A program made the position numbers and the translations under genes. A stretch of DNA of 34,589 nt from a candidate division WOR-3 bacterium (GTDB taxonomy: Bacteria; Hydrothermota; Tepidihabitantia; Tepidihabitantales; Tepidihabitantaceae): contig CBFGIT010000027.1 of NCBI GenBank assembly GCA_965648905.1, forward strand, positions 1 through 34,589, in the 5' to 3' direction. Below the pieces are notes generated by a model that was not told the origin of the DNA, searched no databases, and was given only the letters and a program-made list of their open reading frames with translations. Positions 17,584 through 28,195 of this stretch are shown here, in pieces; the stretch's first letter is position 1; every line of letters starts with the position of its first letter.

Positions 17584-18936
17584 CTAGGTCGCGGGCGCAA
17601 CCGGGATGAAGCCTTCGCGCATCATCGCCGCGGTCATGTCGCGGGCCTGCTTGATGGTCGCGGTCGCTTTCTTCAGCAGTTCCTCGCGGGTCATGGTGAT
17701 GCGGGCGACGCCCTGCTCGATCGCTTTCATACCCACGGCCACAGCCTCACGCGGGAATACCTCCCAGTCGTCCATCGTCGGGACCAAGTAGTCCTCACGC
17801 AGACCCCGGTCTGCAGCGACCTTGGCCAGTTCCAGAGCTGCGGCGATACACATCTCATCGGTGATAGTCTTGGCGTTGACGTCCAGCGCACCGCGGAAGA
17901 TGCCCGGAAAACCGAGCGAGTTGTTGACCTGATTCGGGAAGTCGCTTCGACCGGTGGCAACTACTCGGGCGCCGGCTTCAATCGCCTCCCAGGGCCAGAT
18001 CTCGGGGATCGGATTGGCGCAGGCGAACACGACCGCATCTTTGGCCATGGAACGAATCCACTCGGGCTTGACCGTACCCGGGCCGGGCGTGGACAGCGCA
18101 ATCAGAACGTCTGCGTCTTTCATCGCATCGGCGACCGTGCCGCGTACGTCCCACTTGTTCGAGATTTCGCACATGTGCCACTTTTCCGCGAATTTCTCCT
18201 TCAGCTCGGTCCGGCCTTTGTGGAGCGTGCCCCTGGAGTCGCACATGATTGTATTCTCGGCCGCCACGCCGCCTTTGATGCAGACGCGGGAGATGGCGAT
18301 GTTCGAAGCGCCGGCTCCGAAGAAGACGACCTTGACTTTGCCGATGTCCTTGCCCACGAACTTCAGGGCATTGACCAGGCCGGCATAAGTGACCGCGGCC
18401 GTACCCTGCTGGTCGTCGTGCCAGACCGGCACGTTCATCTCGGCGCGCAGGGTATCGAGGATGCGGAAGCACTTCGGCTGCGCGATGTCTTCGAGATTGA
18501 ACCCGCCGAATGAAGGCTCCAGGAGCTTGGCCGTGCGGATGAACTCGTCCGAATCCTTGGTTCTGAGAGCGATGGGCACGGCGTCAACGCCGCCGAGGTA
18601 CTTGAAGAGCAGAGCCTTGCCTTCCATCACCGGCATCGAGGCCTCGGGCCCGATGTCGCCAAGGCCCAGCACCCGGGTGCCGTCGGTCAGGACGCAGATG
18701 GTGTTGGCACGGTTAGTATGCACAAACGACATCTGCGGGTTCTGCTGAATGTCTTTACAGGGCGCGGCAACACCCGGGGTATACCAGATGGCGAAGTCGT
18801 TGAAGTCGCGCACGCAGCACTTGGCCGCGACCTGGTACTTGCCCCGGTAGAACGGATGGAGCTTCATCGCGTCGGCCGCGGGTCTCTTGGCCCGTTCGAC
18901 CAGTTGATCGATTTCAGCTTGGGACAGCTTTTTCAC
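17584..18936 (-). CDS. NAD(P)-dependent malic enzyme (short type)
   Basis: YTPGVA, DGTRVLGLGDIGP, MPVMEGKALLFK, NLEDI, HDDQQGTA, GRSDFPNQVNN. Confidence 0.96.
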   Translation of the reverse strand: MKKLSQAEIDQLVERAKRPAADAMKLHPFYRGKYQVAAKCCVRDFNDFAIWYTPGVAAPCKDIQQNPQMSFVHTNRANTICVLTDGTRVLGLGDIGPEASMPVMEGKALLFKYLGGVDAVPIALRTKDSDEFIRTAKLLEPSFGGFNLEDIAQPKCFRILDTLRAEMNVPVWHDDQQGTAAVTYAGLVNALKFVGKDIGKVKVVFFGAGASNIAISRVCIKGGVAAENTIMCDSRGTLHKGRTELKEKFAEKWHMCEISNKWDVRGTVADAMKDADVLIALSTPGPGTVKPEWIRSMAKDAVVFACANPIPEIWPWEAIEAGARVVATGRSDFPNQVNNSLGFPGIFRGALDVNAKTITDEMCIAAALELAKVAADRGLREDYLVPTMDDWEVFPREAVAVGMKAIEQGVARITMTREELLKKATATIKQARDMTAAMMREGFIPVAPAT

Positions 18937-18954
18937 GAACTTACTCCTTGTCGG

Positions 18955-20250
18955 TTATGCCGGAGCCTGCTTTGCCGAGGGCGGCCGGATGAAGAAGCTC
19001 ACCACCGCGGCGGCAAGGCAGAGGACCCCGGTCAGGATGAATGCGAAATTGTAGTTGCCGGTCAGTTCTTTCACGCGCGGGGCGAAGATGTTCGATAGCA
19101 GGCCGCCAACCCCGTAAGCCGTGAAGATGAAACCATAGTTGACGCCGGCGTGGCGCGTGCCGTAGTAGTCGGCGTTGATTGCCGGGTAGAGCGCAAGATA
19201 GCCGCCAAAGGTCGCGCCGACCAGGGCGATGCCAAACCAGAATACAACCGGCGCAGCCGGAATCAGGAAGTAACCGAACACCGCGACCGCGTTGATGAGA
19301 TACATCAGAAAGAGCGTGCGCGAGCGGCCGATGGAATCCGATATCCGGCCCCAGAGAATGCGGCCAAGCGTGTTGAAGATGGCAAGCACCGACACGCCGA
19401 CCGCGGCAGCAGCACCGCTAAACCGCGCCAGCTCCTGGGCAATCGGCGAGGTCTGGCCGATCATCATCAGACCGGCAGCACAGCCGGCAAAATACATCAG
19501 CCAGATGACCCAGAACTGCCAGGTCGAAAGCATCTGGCCCGACGAATAGTCGGTGCGCACCGACGCCCCGGCTGCGGGCTGGGGTGGGTTCCAGCCGGTC
19601 GGTCTGTAGCCGACCGGCGGGTTTCGCAGTATCAGCCCGCCAAGCACAACCAAGACAAGGTAGGCGATGCCCAGGTATAGAAACGTCTTGTAGACCCCGA
19701 TGCCGGGCAGCGGGAAGAGGTTTGCGCCAATCAGGTTGTACGGTTTGCCTGTTATGAGACCCTGGGCCAGCGGCGCAACGAAGAACGCACCGGCCCCGAA
19801 CCCGGCAACAGCAAGCCCGGTGATCAGGCCCCGCTTGTCCGGAAACCACTTCACGCCCGCGGCAATCGGACAGACGTAGGCGAAGCCGATGCCGATTCCA
19901 GACACGACGCCATAGGCAACCACCAGCATGGCAATGCTCCGGGCGAAGCTCGCCAGAACCATACCCAGTGCCAGCAGCACGCCGCCGATGATGGCAACGA
20001 TTCGAGGCCCGAGCTTGTCCTGAAGCCGACCTCCGACCACGGTCGCAAGCGCGAAGAATATCAGCACGAACGAGAACGGCAGCGATGCCTGGGTCGGCGT
20101 GATGCCGAGCTCGGCCTCAAGCGGCTTGCGGAATACGCTCCAGGCGTAGATTGCGCCCAGGCAGACCTGAACCATGATTGCGCCGAGCACGATGTACCAG
20201 CGGTTGAAAGGACGACCAGCAGGGGCGCTGGCGGAAGGCGTATCAGCCAT
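18955..20250 (-). CDS. OFA-family MFS transporter (oxalate/formate/lactate antiporter-like)
   Basis: G.IYAWSVF, KWFPDKRGLITGLAVAGFG.G, FN..GRI.WG.ISD.IGR, NYG.IFTAYG. Confidence 0.92.
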   Translation of the reverse strand: MADTPSASAPAGRPFNRWYIVLGAIMVQVCLGAIYAWSVFRKPLEAELGITPTQASLPFSFVLIFFALATVVGGRLQDKLGPRIVAIIGGVLLALGMVLASFARSIAMLVVAYGVVSGIGIGFAYVCPIAAGVKWFPDKRGLITGLAVAGFGAGAFFVAPLAQGLITGKPYNLIGANLFPLPGIGVYKTFLYLGIAYLVLVVLGGLILRNPPVGYRPTGWNPPQPAAGASVRTDYSSGQMLSTWQFWVIWLMYFAGCAAGLMMIGQTSPIAQELARFSGAAAAVGVSVLAIFNTLGRILWGRISDSIGRSRTLFLMYLINAVAVFGYFLIPAAPVVFWFGIALVGATFGGYLALYPAINADYYGTRHAGVNYGFIFTAYGVGGLLSNIFAPRVKELTGNYNFAFILTGVLCLAAAVVSFFIRPPSAKQAPA

Positions 20251-20281
20251 TTCTGAACCTCCTTGGTTGAACGAAAACGGA

Positions 20282-20326
20282 CGCCCTGCGCCTCACGCGG
20301 GGATTGCCGGTGTCAGGCGCAGGGCG
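20282..20326 (-). terminator. 12-bp-stem hairpin between acs and the MFS gene
   Basis: CGCCCTGCGCCT / AGGCGCAGGGCG, followed on the minus strand by TCCGTTTT. Confidence 0.5.
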
Positions 20327-20343
20327 CAAACCGTCTAGCGTAG

Positions 20344-22248
20344 CTACTCGTCCAGGGTCGAGATGTCGCCGACCGGCTTGCCGAGGGCCTCGGCTTTGAG
20401 CAGGCGACGCATGATTTTGCCCGAACGGGTCTTGGGGAGCTTGTCGCGGAACTCGATCGAATCGGGCCGGGCAATCGGGCCGATTTCAGTCGAGACCCAC
20501 TTCTTCAGCTCATCCTTCAAGGCGTCGGACTTCTCGAACCCGACTTTCAGAGTGACGTAGGCCTTGGGCACGTCGCCCTTGATTTCGTCTGGCACGCCCA
20601 CGACCGCGGCCTCGGCCACCGCGGCATGGGCAACAAGCGCCGACTCGATTTCCGCAGTCCCGAGCCGGTGGCCTGCGACGTTCAGCACTTCGTCGGCTCT
20701 GCCCCGGAACCAGAAGTAGCCGTCCGCGTCCTTAGTGCAGGAATCACCGGTCAGGTACTTACCCGGGAAGCGCGACCAGTAGGCTTCCTTGTACCGCTGC
20801 GGGTCCTTGTACAGAGTGCGCAGCATCGCCGGCCAGGGTCTCAGGAGTACGGCAAAGCCGTTCTCGCCCGGCTCTATCGGATGGCCGTCACCGGTGACGA
20901 CGTCGGCGAGAATGCCGGGCAGGGGCCGCGTGGCCGAGCCGGCCTTGAGCGGCGTGATGGGGAGCGGCGATATCATGAACGTCCCGGTCTCGGTCTGCCA
21001 CCAGGTATCCATTATCTGCAACTTGCCGCCGCCGATGTGCTCGCGGTACCAGCGCCAGGCCTCGGGGTTGATGGGCTCGCCGACCGAGCCGAGCAGGCGG
21101 AGCGACTTGAGGTTGTGCTTAGCCGGGAAATCACCACCGAACCGCATGAACATCCGGATGGCAGTCGGCGACGTATAGAGAATCGTCACTTTCTCGCGTT
21201 CGATGATTGACCACCAGCGGTCCGGAGCCGGAAAGTCGGGTGCACCTTCGTAGAGAATCGAAGTCGCGCCGAGCATCAGAGGAGCGTAGACAATATAGGA
21301 GTGACCAGTGACCCAGCCGACGTCGGCCGCACACCAGTAGATGTCGTTCGGCTTGATGTCGAAAACGAACTTGAGGGTCGAAGCAGTACCGACCGCGTAG
21401 CCGCCGTGGACGTGGACGATGCCCTTGGGCTTGCCGGTCGTACCAGAGGTGTAGAGCGTGTACAGCATGTCTTCCGGGTCGAGCCGCTCGGCCGGACACT
21501 CGTCCGATTCCCGGGCCGTAATCTCGTGCCACCAGACGTCGCGTCCCGGTTTCATCTCAACCTGGTTGCCCGCGCGCTTGAACACAATAACGTGTTCAAC
21601 TGAAGGGCACTCGGCCGTCGCGGGGTCCGAATTGGCCTTGAGCGTAACGAGTTTGCCCCGGCGGAATGCGCCGTCGGTCGTAATCAGCGCCTTAGCCTCG
21701 GCATCCTGGATCCGGTCGCGCAACGAAACAGAAGAGAAGCCAGAAAAGACCACCGAGTGCACAGCGCCGATCTTCGCGCAAGCCAGCATTGCGACCGGCA
21801 GTTGCGGAATCATCGGCATGAAGATGGTGACGCGATCGCCCTTCTTGACGCCCAGCTTCTTCATTGCATTGGCCAGCCGGTTGACCTCCTTGTAGAGCAT
21901 CGCGTAGGTCCAGCGCTCGACCTTCTGGTCGGTCGGCTCAGGCTCATAGATGAATGCGACCCTGTCCTTGACCGAAGTCTTCATGTGGCGGTCCAGGCAG
22001 TTGTGAGTGATGTTGAACTTGCCGCCGGTGAACCACTTGAAGAACGGGGCGTTGGAGTCGTCGAGCACCTTGGTGAACGGCTCGAACCACTCCAGCTCCT
22101 TGGCGACCTCACCCCAGTACCAGACCTGGTCCTCGGCACGCTTCAGGAGCTCATCGTAGCTCTTGATACCGTGCTTCTTCATGAAAGCCATGATGTTCGA
22201 ATTCTCGACCAGCTCTTTGGGCGGCTGGAATACCTGCTCGTCTGCCAT
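20344..22248 (-). CDS. acs: AMP-forming acetyl-CoA synthetase
   Basis: [59 protein letters not shown]. Confidence 0.96.
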   Translation of the reverse strand: MADEQVFQPPKELVENSNIMAFMKKHGIKSYDELLKRAEDQVWYWGEVAKELEWFEPFTKVLDDSNAPFFKWFTGGKFNITHNCLDRHMKTSVKDRVAFIYEPEPTDQKVERWTYAMLYKEVNRLANAMKKLGVKKGDRVTIFMPMIPQLPVAMLACAKIGAVHSVVFSGFSSVSLRDRIQDAEAKALITTDGAFRRGKLVTLKANSDPATAECPSVEHVIVFKRAGNQVEMKPGRDVWWHEITARESDECPAERLDPEDMLYTLYTSGTTGKPKGIVHVHGGYAVGTASTLKFVFDIKPNDIYWCAADVGWVTGHSYIVYAPLMLGATSILYEGAPDFPAPDRWWSIIEREKVTILYTSPTAIRMFMRFGGDFPAKHNLKSLRLLGSVGEPINPEAWRWYREHIGGGKLQIMDTWWQTETGTFMISPLPITPLKAGSATRPLPGILADVVTGDGHPIEPGENGFAVLLRPWPAMLRTLYKDPQRYKEAYWSRFPGKYLTGDSCTKDADGYFWFRGRADEVLNVAGHRLGTAEIESALVAHAAVAEAAVVGVPDEIKGDVPKAYVTLKVGFEKSDALKDELKKWVSTEIGPIARPDSIEFRDKLPKTRSGKIMRRLLKAEALGKPVGDISTLDE

Positions 22249-22367
22249 CGTGATTACCTCCTTTGCGGAATGACTTTGGGCAAGAGCTTCGGGCTTAAGA
22301 GTATTCTTTCGGGTTTGACTGCACCGGTCTTGAGGCCGGACGGACGATGCCTCAGTGCCGGATGGTG

Positions 22368-22395
22368 AGTATAGTTACCGAAGGCCGGGTGTCAA
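22368..22395 (-). promoter_or_regulatory. acs promoter
   Basis: TTGACA (22395-22390)-16-TATACT (22373-22368). Confidence 0.7.
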
Positions 22396-22415
22396 GCCAG
22401 GCAGATGCGGAGTGT

Positions 22416-23321
22416 TCAGCTCTCCACCAGGGCCCGGGCCCAGGTGTAGCCGCTGTCGACCGTGTAGAGCAGGGTCATCTCGTCGCCGCCGATGATTCCC
22501 TGCCGGCCGTCGGCAAAACACCGCACACTGTAAAGGTCGGTCTCGACCCCGGAGTCAAGCTGCTCCCAGGTCGTGCCGCCGTCCGCGGTCGTTATCAGCG
22601 TGCCTCGAGCTCCGACCGCAAAAGCCCCCATCGTGTCGTGACGCACGTCCAGCGAATAGAGCGCCGGCAGCGGGAACTCGATACGCATCGGGCGCCACAC
22701 CTCACCGCCGTCAGGCGTAAAAAGCACCAGACCGTTGGCAGTTGTGGCGAAGCCAACCAGGTCATCAGCCGGAAAATGGACTGCGGTGATGTGAGTATTC
22801 GGCAGCAGACCCTGAATGTTGGCGGTCTGGGAAAACCAGACTGAACCGCCGGTTGTGGTCTTGAGGATTGTGGCGTTAGGTCCGACCGCATACCCGGTTG
22901 TCTCGTCCGACGGAAAGTTCATGTCCATTATCTTGTCCCCGGTGGCGACCACGAGCCGCTCCCAGGTTCTGCCGCCGTCTGCGGTCCTGAGCACCACGCC
23001 CGCGTCCCCGGCCACAAACCCGACCTGCGGGCTGACCGGGAACTTGACCGCACGCAAGTCCTCGGTCACGCCCGAGCCAAGCCGCTGCCAGGTGCGGCCT
23101 TCGTTCTCTGTCTTCAGGATTGTGCCGGCGTCGCCGCAGGCATAGCCAATCACGGCTTGACCGGGAAAGCAGACCGTGTAGAGACTCTCAGTCACGCCGG
23201 AATCAAGCCGGGTCCAGCGTGCGCCGCCGTCGCCGGTCCTGAGAACAAGTCCCTGGTCGCCGACCGCGTAGGCAATGAGCGAATCCTCGACAGCGAATAT
23301 GGAGTTGATGCGCCGGGCCAC
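22416..23321 (-). CDS. Ycf48/BNR (Asp-box) repeat beta-propeller protein
   Basis: About 7 repeats of FP....GYA.G..G.IL.T.DGG.TW. Confidence 0.85.
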   Translation of the reverse strand: MARRINSIFAVEDSLIAYAVGDQGLVLRTGDGGARWTRLDSGVTESLYTVCFPGQAVIGYACGDAGTILKTENEGRTWQRLGSGVTEDLRAVKFPVSPQVGFVAGDAGVVLRTADGGRTWERLVVATGDKIMDMNFPSDETTGYAVGPNATILKTTTGGSVWFSQTANIQGLLPNTHITAVHFPADDLVGFATTANGLVLFTPDGGEVWRPMRIEFPLPALYSLDVRHDTMGAFAVGARGTLITTADGGTTWEQLDSGVETDLYSVRCFADGRQGIIGGDEMTLLYTVDSGYTWARALVES

Positions 23322-23555
23322 GCTCTTATCATCTCCATTCCGGGCGGCATGTCAAGGCGCGCGTTCAGCCCCAGCTCTGCGTAACCGGGAACCTGTGGCC
23401 GGAATCGGAAGGCGGCTGGCAGAGCGACGCGCGAAGCGGTTTTCGTCTCTGTCTAGGCCAATCCCGTGATAGTCAGAGACTTGAGCCTCAAGAACGGCCA
23501 AGTTGCCTTCTATTGCTTCACCAAGTGGTTCTTGAGTCGGTGTGCGTTGGGCTCG

Positions 23556-23957
23556 CTAGACCCGGTCCGGGAACTTCTCTTTCAGGTATGCGACGATGTC
23601 GCTGGTGGGCGTACCCGGCCCGAAAAGGCGGCCGACGCCGTGTTTCTCAAGTGCCTCGACGTCTTCTCTCGGGATGATTCCGCCGCCGATTACCAGGATG
23701 TCCTCCCCGCCTTTCTCTTTCAGCAGGCGCAGGGTCTCGGGGAACAGAGTCATGTGCGCACCGGAAAGCACGGACAGCCCGACGACGTCAACGTCTTCCT
23801 GAATCGCGGCCTCGGCAATCATCTCTGGTGTCTGGTGAAGACCGGTGTAGATTACCTCAAACCCGGCATCGCGTAATGCCCGGGCTACAACCTTCGCCCC
23901 GCGGTCGTGTCCGTCCAGACCCGGTTTGGCAACCAGTATGCGCAGTTTCTTTGCCAT
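23556..23957 (-). CDS. icmB: Cobalamin-binding small subunit of acyl-CoA mutase
   Basis: [33 protein letters not shown]. Confidence 0.9.
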   Translation of the reverse strand: MAKKLRILVAKPGLDGHDRGAKVVARALRDAGFEVIYTGLHQTPEMIAEAAIQEDVDVVGLSVLSGAHMTLFPETLRLLKEKGGEDILVIGGGIIPREDVEALEKHGVGRLFGPGTPTSDIVAYLKEKFPDRV

Positions 23958-24005
23958 CAATCCTCCTGACTGCAGGCAACACGGCGACCCGTGGTCGCCG
24001 CTCCT

Positions 24006-25664
24006 CTAGTACATCGGCGGTTCTTCATACGTACCGAAGACGTCCTTCATTGCGCCGCAGATTTCGCCGAGCGTGGCATAGGCCCGCACCGCATCCATAA
24101 TCGGCGGCATGACGTTGTCCTTGCCGGCACAGGCCGAGCGCAGGTCATCAAGACAGCGCTTCACCCGAGCGTTGTCACGGCGGGCCCGCAGCTCCCTGAG
24201 CCGACGGCGCTGTTCTTCTTCAACCGAGTAGTCAATCCTGAGCAGCGGAATCTCCAGCTTCTCCTGTTCCAGGACGTGCTTGTTGACGCCGACGACCGTG
24301 CGCCGGCCCTGCTCGACGAGTTTCTGATATCGATAGGCAGCGTCGGCAATCTCGCGCTGGGGAAAACCGTGTTCAATCGCCTTGACCATGCCGCCCAGCG
24401 CATCAATCCGGCGGAAGTAGTCGTACGCCTGACGTTCCAGTTCGTTGGTCAGCGCTTCGACGAAGTACGAGCCGCCCAGCGGGTCAATCGTATTGATGAC
24501 CCCGGTCTCTTCGGCAATCAGTTGCTGGGTGCGCAGGGCGATGAGCACGGCTTTCTCGGTCGGCAATGCCCAGGTCTCGTCCATTGAGTTGGTGTGCAGG
24601 CTCTGGGTACCGCCGAGGACCGCGGCCAGGGCCTGAAATGCGGTCCGAACGATGTTGTTCTCAGGCTGGGCCGCGGTCAGACTGCAACCCGCGGTCTGGG
24701 TATGGAATCGCAAGAGCCACGACTCGAGCCTTTGGGCCTTGAACGTTTCCTTCATCTCCCGGGCCCAGATTCTTCGGGCAGCCCGGAACTTGGCAATCTC
24801 CTCGAAGAAATCAAGGTGAGAGTTGAAGAAGAACGAGAGCCGGGGAGCAAAGGTATCCACGTCCAGTCCGGCCTTGATGCCGGCCTCAACATAGGTCAGG
24901 CCGTCTTTGAGCGTGAACGCGAGTTCCTGGGCCGCGGTCGAACCGGCTTCGCGGATGTGGTACCCGGAAATCGAGATGGTGTTCCACTTCGGGACGTGCC
25001 GGGCTGCATAGGCCATGATATCGGTAATCACGCGCAGGGACGGCTCGGGCGGGAACAACCAGGACTTCTGGGCGATGTACTCCTTGAGCACGTCGTTCTG
25101 AATCGTACCGCGCAGCTTCTCGCTCGGCACGCCCTGCTTTTCGGCCGCGGCAATGTAGAAAGCCCAGACTACCGACGCCGGGCCGTTGATGGTCATCGAG
25201 GTCGAAACCTCGCCCATCGGGATACCGTCAAACAGCGTCTCCATGTCCGCAAGCGATGAAATCGCCACTCCGCACTTGCCGACCTCACCGTGCGCCAGCG
25301 GGTCGTCGGAATCGCGCCCATATAGGGTCGGGAAGTCGAAAGCAACCGAAAGCCCGGTCTCGCCGTGACCGAGCAGGAACTTGTAGCGCTGGTTCGTGTC
25401 CCGTGCCGTGCCGAAACCGGAGAACTCACGCATGGTCCAAAGCCGGCCCCGGTACATGTTGTATCGCACCCCGCGCGTAAACGGGTACTGCCCGGGCAAG
25501 CCCAAATCGCGCAGGTAGTCAATCGATTCGATGTCAGCCGGCGTGTATAGAGGATTGACCGGCACGCCTGACAGTGTGCAGAAATCGGACGGGTCACCGG
25601 CCTCAATGCCGGCCAGCCATTTCTCCTGTTCTTTGCGGATGGACTCAATGTCGTCCGGAGGCAT
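24006..25664 (-). CDS. icmA: Acyl-CoA mutase large subunit, isobutyryl-CoA-mutase type
   Basis: [50 protein letters not shown] 25664 with AAGGAG SD. Confidence 0.85.
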   Translation of the reverse strand: MPPDDIESIRKEQEKWLAGIEAGDPSDFCTLSGVPVNPLYTPADIESIDYLRDLGLPGQYPFTRGVRYNMYRGRLWTMREFSGFGTARDTNQRYKFLLGHGETGLSVAFDFPTLYGRDSDDPLAHGEVGKCGVAISSLADMETLFDGIPMGEVSTSMTINGPASVVWAFYIAAAEKQGVPSEKLRGTIQNDVLKEYIAQKSWLFPPEPSLRVITDIMAYAARHVPKWNTISISGYHIREAGSTAAQELAFTLKDGLTYVEAGIKAGLDVDTFAPRLSFFFNSHLDFFEEIAKFRAARRIWAREMKETFKAQRLESWLLRFHTQTAGCSLTAAQPENNIVRTAFQALAAVLGGTQSLHTNSMDETWALPTEKAVLIALRTQQLIAEETGVINTIDPLGGSYFVEALTNELERQAYDYFRRIDALGGMVKAIEHGFPQREIADAAYRYQKLVEQGRRTVVGVNKHVLEQEKLEIPLLRIDYSVEEEQRRRLRELRARRDNARVKRCLDDLRSACAGKDNVMPPIMDAVRAYATLGEICGAMKDVFGTYEEPPMY

Positions 25665-26644
25665 CAGGACTCCTTTCTTGTTCGGGTCGGACCGGGCAGC
25701 AGTCGACCGACCATTTCCTGTGCGGCCCGGTATGGGGTCGAAGTACCCTGCATCACTTTTCGGACTTCTGCGGCAAGGCATTGGTCTGCCCCGGGTCGGG
25801 CCCAAAGGTCGCGCCGGACCTGCTCGTTGACCAGAGCAATCACCTCGTTGGCCACGGTCTGCTCCCTGCGCTGGTCGGCAACGCCGGTCTGCTCGAACCA
25901 GCTTCGATACTCCTCAAGCCGGTCGAGAAGACTCGGAACTCCCAGCCCGGTGGTTGCCACGGTCTTGGTAACAGGCGGAATCCAGCCATTGCCCTTTGCG
26001 CTCAGCTCGACCATCGCCTCGACCTCCATGGCCAGCCGGTCCGCACCCTCGCGGTCCGACTTGTTGACGCAGAACACCTGCCCGATTTCCATCAGCCCTG
26101 CCTTCATGGTCTGAATCGCGTCGCCCGATTCAGGCACAAGCACGACCACGGTCGCGTGCGCCGCGTCCACGATGTCAAGCTCCACCTGACCAACGCCGAC
26201 GGTCTCAATGATGATGTAGTCCCGGCCAAAGGCATCGAGCACGTCGCAGACTTCCTTGGTCCGGACTGCCAGACCGCCGATGCTGCCGTGAGTCGCCATT
26301 GAACGGATGAACACGCCCGGGTCGGTGAAGAGTGTCGGCATTCTCACCCGGTCGCCGAGCACAGCCCCGCCGGAAAAAGGTGAGGTCGGGTCAACAGCAA
26401 CAATGCCAACGGTCCGTTTCCTTGTCCGACACTCACGCGCCAGCTTCTCAACCAGAGTGCTCTTGCCTGCGCCGGGCGGACCAGTGATACCGACGCGAAA
26501 AGCCCGGCCGGTCAAAGGATAAAGCTCGTCGAGTACCGGAATCGCAGCCTGAGGCTCATTCTCGACCAGAGACAGAAGCTGGCCGCAGGCCCGCTTGTCC
26601 CCGGCCTTGAACGCGGTGACGAGTTGTTCAGTAGTCGATGCCAA
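25664..26644 (-). CDS. meaB: MeaB/ArgK G-protein chaperone of B12 mutases
   Basis: [43 protein letters not shown]; probable TTG start 26644. Confidence 0.92.
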   Translation of the reverse strand: MASTTEQLVTAFKAGDKRACGQLLSLVENEPQAAIPVLDELYPLTGRAFRVGITGPPGAGKSTLVEKLARECRTRKRTVGIVAVDPTSPFSGGAVLGDRVRMPTLFTDPGVFIRSMATHGSIGGLAVRTKEVCDVLDAFGRDYIIIETVGVGQVELDIVDAAHATVVVLVPESGDAIQTMKAGLMEIGQVFCVNKSDREGADRLAMEVEAMVELSAKGNGWIPPVTKTVATTGLGVPSLLDRLEEYRSWFEQTGVADQRREQTVANEVIALVNEQVRRDLWARPGADQCLAAEVRKVMQGTSTPYRAAQEMVGRLLPGPTRTRKES

Positions 26645-27137
26645 CGCGGCTGACAATCCCTTTCTGGTACGGGTGCTTGATTTCGCGAACCTCGCTGACC
26701 AGGTCAGCACGGTCGAGCAGTGCCGGCTTCGCGCCTCGGCCGGTGACGACCAGTTCAACGTTAGCCGGGCAGGCGTCAACCAGCGCAAGCGCATCTTCAA
26801 GCGAAACAAGCCCGTAGTCGACCGCCACGTTCAGCTCGTCGAGGACAACCATCTGGTACCTACCGGACGAGATGGCTTCACGGGCAAGCCGAAGACCGCG
26901 CCCGGCCTCGGCCCGGTCTTCAGGTCCGGGATTGCCCTTTTCGACAAAGGTCGGCAACCCGGTCTGGATGACCTCCAGCCCCTTCACCTGCCGGGCGGCA
27001 ATCACCTCGCCGTAGCTCGGGTCGCCTTTCATGAATTGGATGATGAGGACGTTCCAGCCATGTCCGGCAGCCCGTATTGCCAGGCCGAATGCCGCAGTGG
27101 TCTTGCCCTTGCCGTTCCCGGTGTAGACCTGAAGCAC
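26628..27137 (-). CDS. cobO: ATP:cob(I)alamin adenosyltransferase (CobO/BtuR)
   Basis: QVYTGNGKGKTTAAFG, QFMKG, LDE.N, TGR, KHP...G...R.GIDY. Confidence 0.95.
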   Translation of the reverse strand: MLQVYTGNGKGKTTAAFGLAIRAAGHGWNVLIIQFMKGDPSYGEVIAARQVKGLEVIQTGLPTFVEKGNPGPEDRAEAGRGLRLAREAISSGRYQMVVLDELNVAVDYGLVSLEDALALVDACPANVELVVTGRGAKPALLDRADLVSEVREIKHPYQKGIVSRVGIDY

Positions 27138-27152
27138 CTGTCCGGACGACTC

Positions 27153-27659
27153 CTAACCGACGTCCGGGTTGAATTCAGGTCCGAGCTTTGCCCGGAACAG
27201 GAGCGAAAGTATCTTGTTCCAGGTATGGAACAGATAGACCTCGCGGACTACGGGTGATGTGGCTGCCATACTGGCGACCTCGCCATTTGCACCCTGGGCT
27301 TCGATGATAATCCGCAGGACCATGTGAGCAATCGTCCAGCCGGCAACGATACCGAAGATGAAGCTGAAGAATCCGTCCAGGGACTGGAATGATGTCCCGG
27401 TCAGGGAGAAAAGCCAGCGCCCGAGCACGAGCGCCAGCACACCGAACACGAGAAACAGGACAATCATCGCGGTCCCGGCCCGGACGTGCAACGACTCGCC
27501 CAACGGGCCGGACAATTTGGTTGCGCCGACCGCGGCGACAATGAGACCTGCGGCCTCGTACATCGGCAGGCCAAGGCCGCCGGCCTTGACCCCTCGCACC
27601 GTCTGGATTATCGCGACGCCAACGACAATCCCAAGAGACATCCAGTCAAACCACTGCAT
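27153..27659 (-). CDS. cvpA: CvpA-like membrane protein
   Basis: M.WFD...., RG...G, four hydrophobic segments, LD.......FG...G. Confidence 0.6.
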   Translation of the reverse strand: MQWFDWMSLGIVVGVAIIQTVRGVKAGGLGLPMYEAAGLIVAAVGATKLSGPLGESLHVRAGTAMIVLFLVFGVLALVLGRWLFSLTGTSFQSLDGFFSFIFGIVAGWTIAHMVLRIIIEAQGANGEVASMAATSPVVREVYLFHTWNKILSLLFRAKLGPEFNPDVG

Positions 27660-27692
27660 CGCACACTCCTGTCTGGTTAGGTAACGGCCGCA

Positions 27693-27989
27693 CTAGTCAA
27701 TGTCGTCGCCCAGGTCGTCCATCTCGTCCGAGCCGTAGTCGTCAAAGTCATCGAGCCCCGAGTCGGTGTCAGACGCGCCCAGGTCATCGTCACCCATGTC
27801 CTCATCACCGAAATCGTCGCTCTCCGACTTGGACCCGGTCAGGACTGTGAAACGGCTGAAAACCTGACGGACGCGTCTGCTCCGGCACTTCGGGCAGACC
27901 GGTTCGAGCCCGGCTTCCTTCTCACCGAGGGTAGCAACGACGTCGAACTTCCTTTTGCAGTCTTCACACTCATACTCATATACGGGCAT
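27693..27989 (-). CDS. FmdB-family zinc-ribbon protein with long acidic tail
   Basis: MPVYEYECEDC...F...CPKC.S....VFS; Asp/Glu-rich C-terminus; GGAGGT SD. Confidence 0.88.
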   Translation of the reverse strand: MPVYEYECEDCKRKFDVVATLGEKEAGLEPVCPKCRSRRVRQVFSRFTVLTGSKSESDDFGDEDMGDDDLGASDTDSGLDDFDDYGSDEMDDLGDDID

Positions 27990-28195
27990 CACTGACCTCC
28001 GGATTCATCACTATAATGAGTAGCAAAACCTGGCTCCAAGTCAACCGAAACCGGGCCGCTGCCTTGAGCCGACCACAGCGGCGCAGCACGCATTGTCAGG
28101 AGGCTTTCCGCTCCGTACGGATTGAAGCAGAGGGCCGAACCGCCATCAATGGCGAATTCGCAGCCTTGTATGCGGACCAGAGGCAGTCCCTGGGG

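Noticed and set aside
27138..27155. Amber read-through fusing cvpA to cobO (same frame, 15 nt apart)
   Set aside because: cobO has a usable GTG start with AGGAG upstream and a complete N-terminal motif; in-frame spacing occurs one time in three by chance
27993..28195. Cobalamin riboswitch upstream of the B12 operon
   Set aside because: No B12-box or GGGAA/GCCACTG core recognisable on the minus strand
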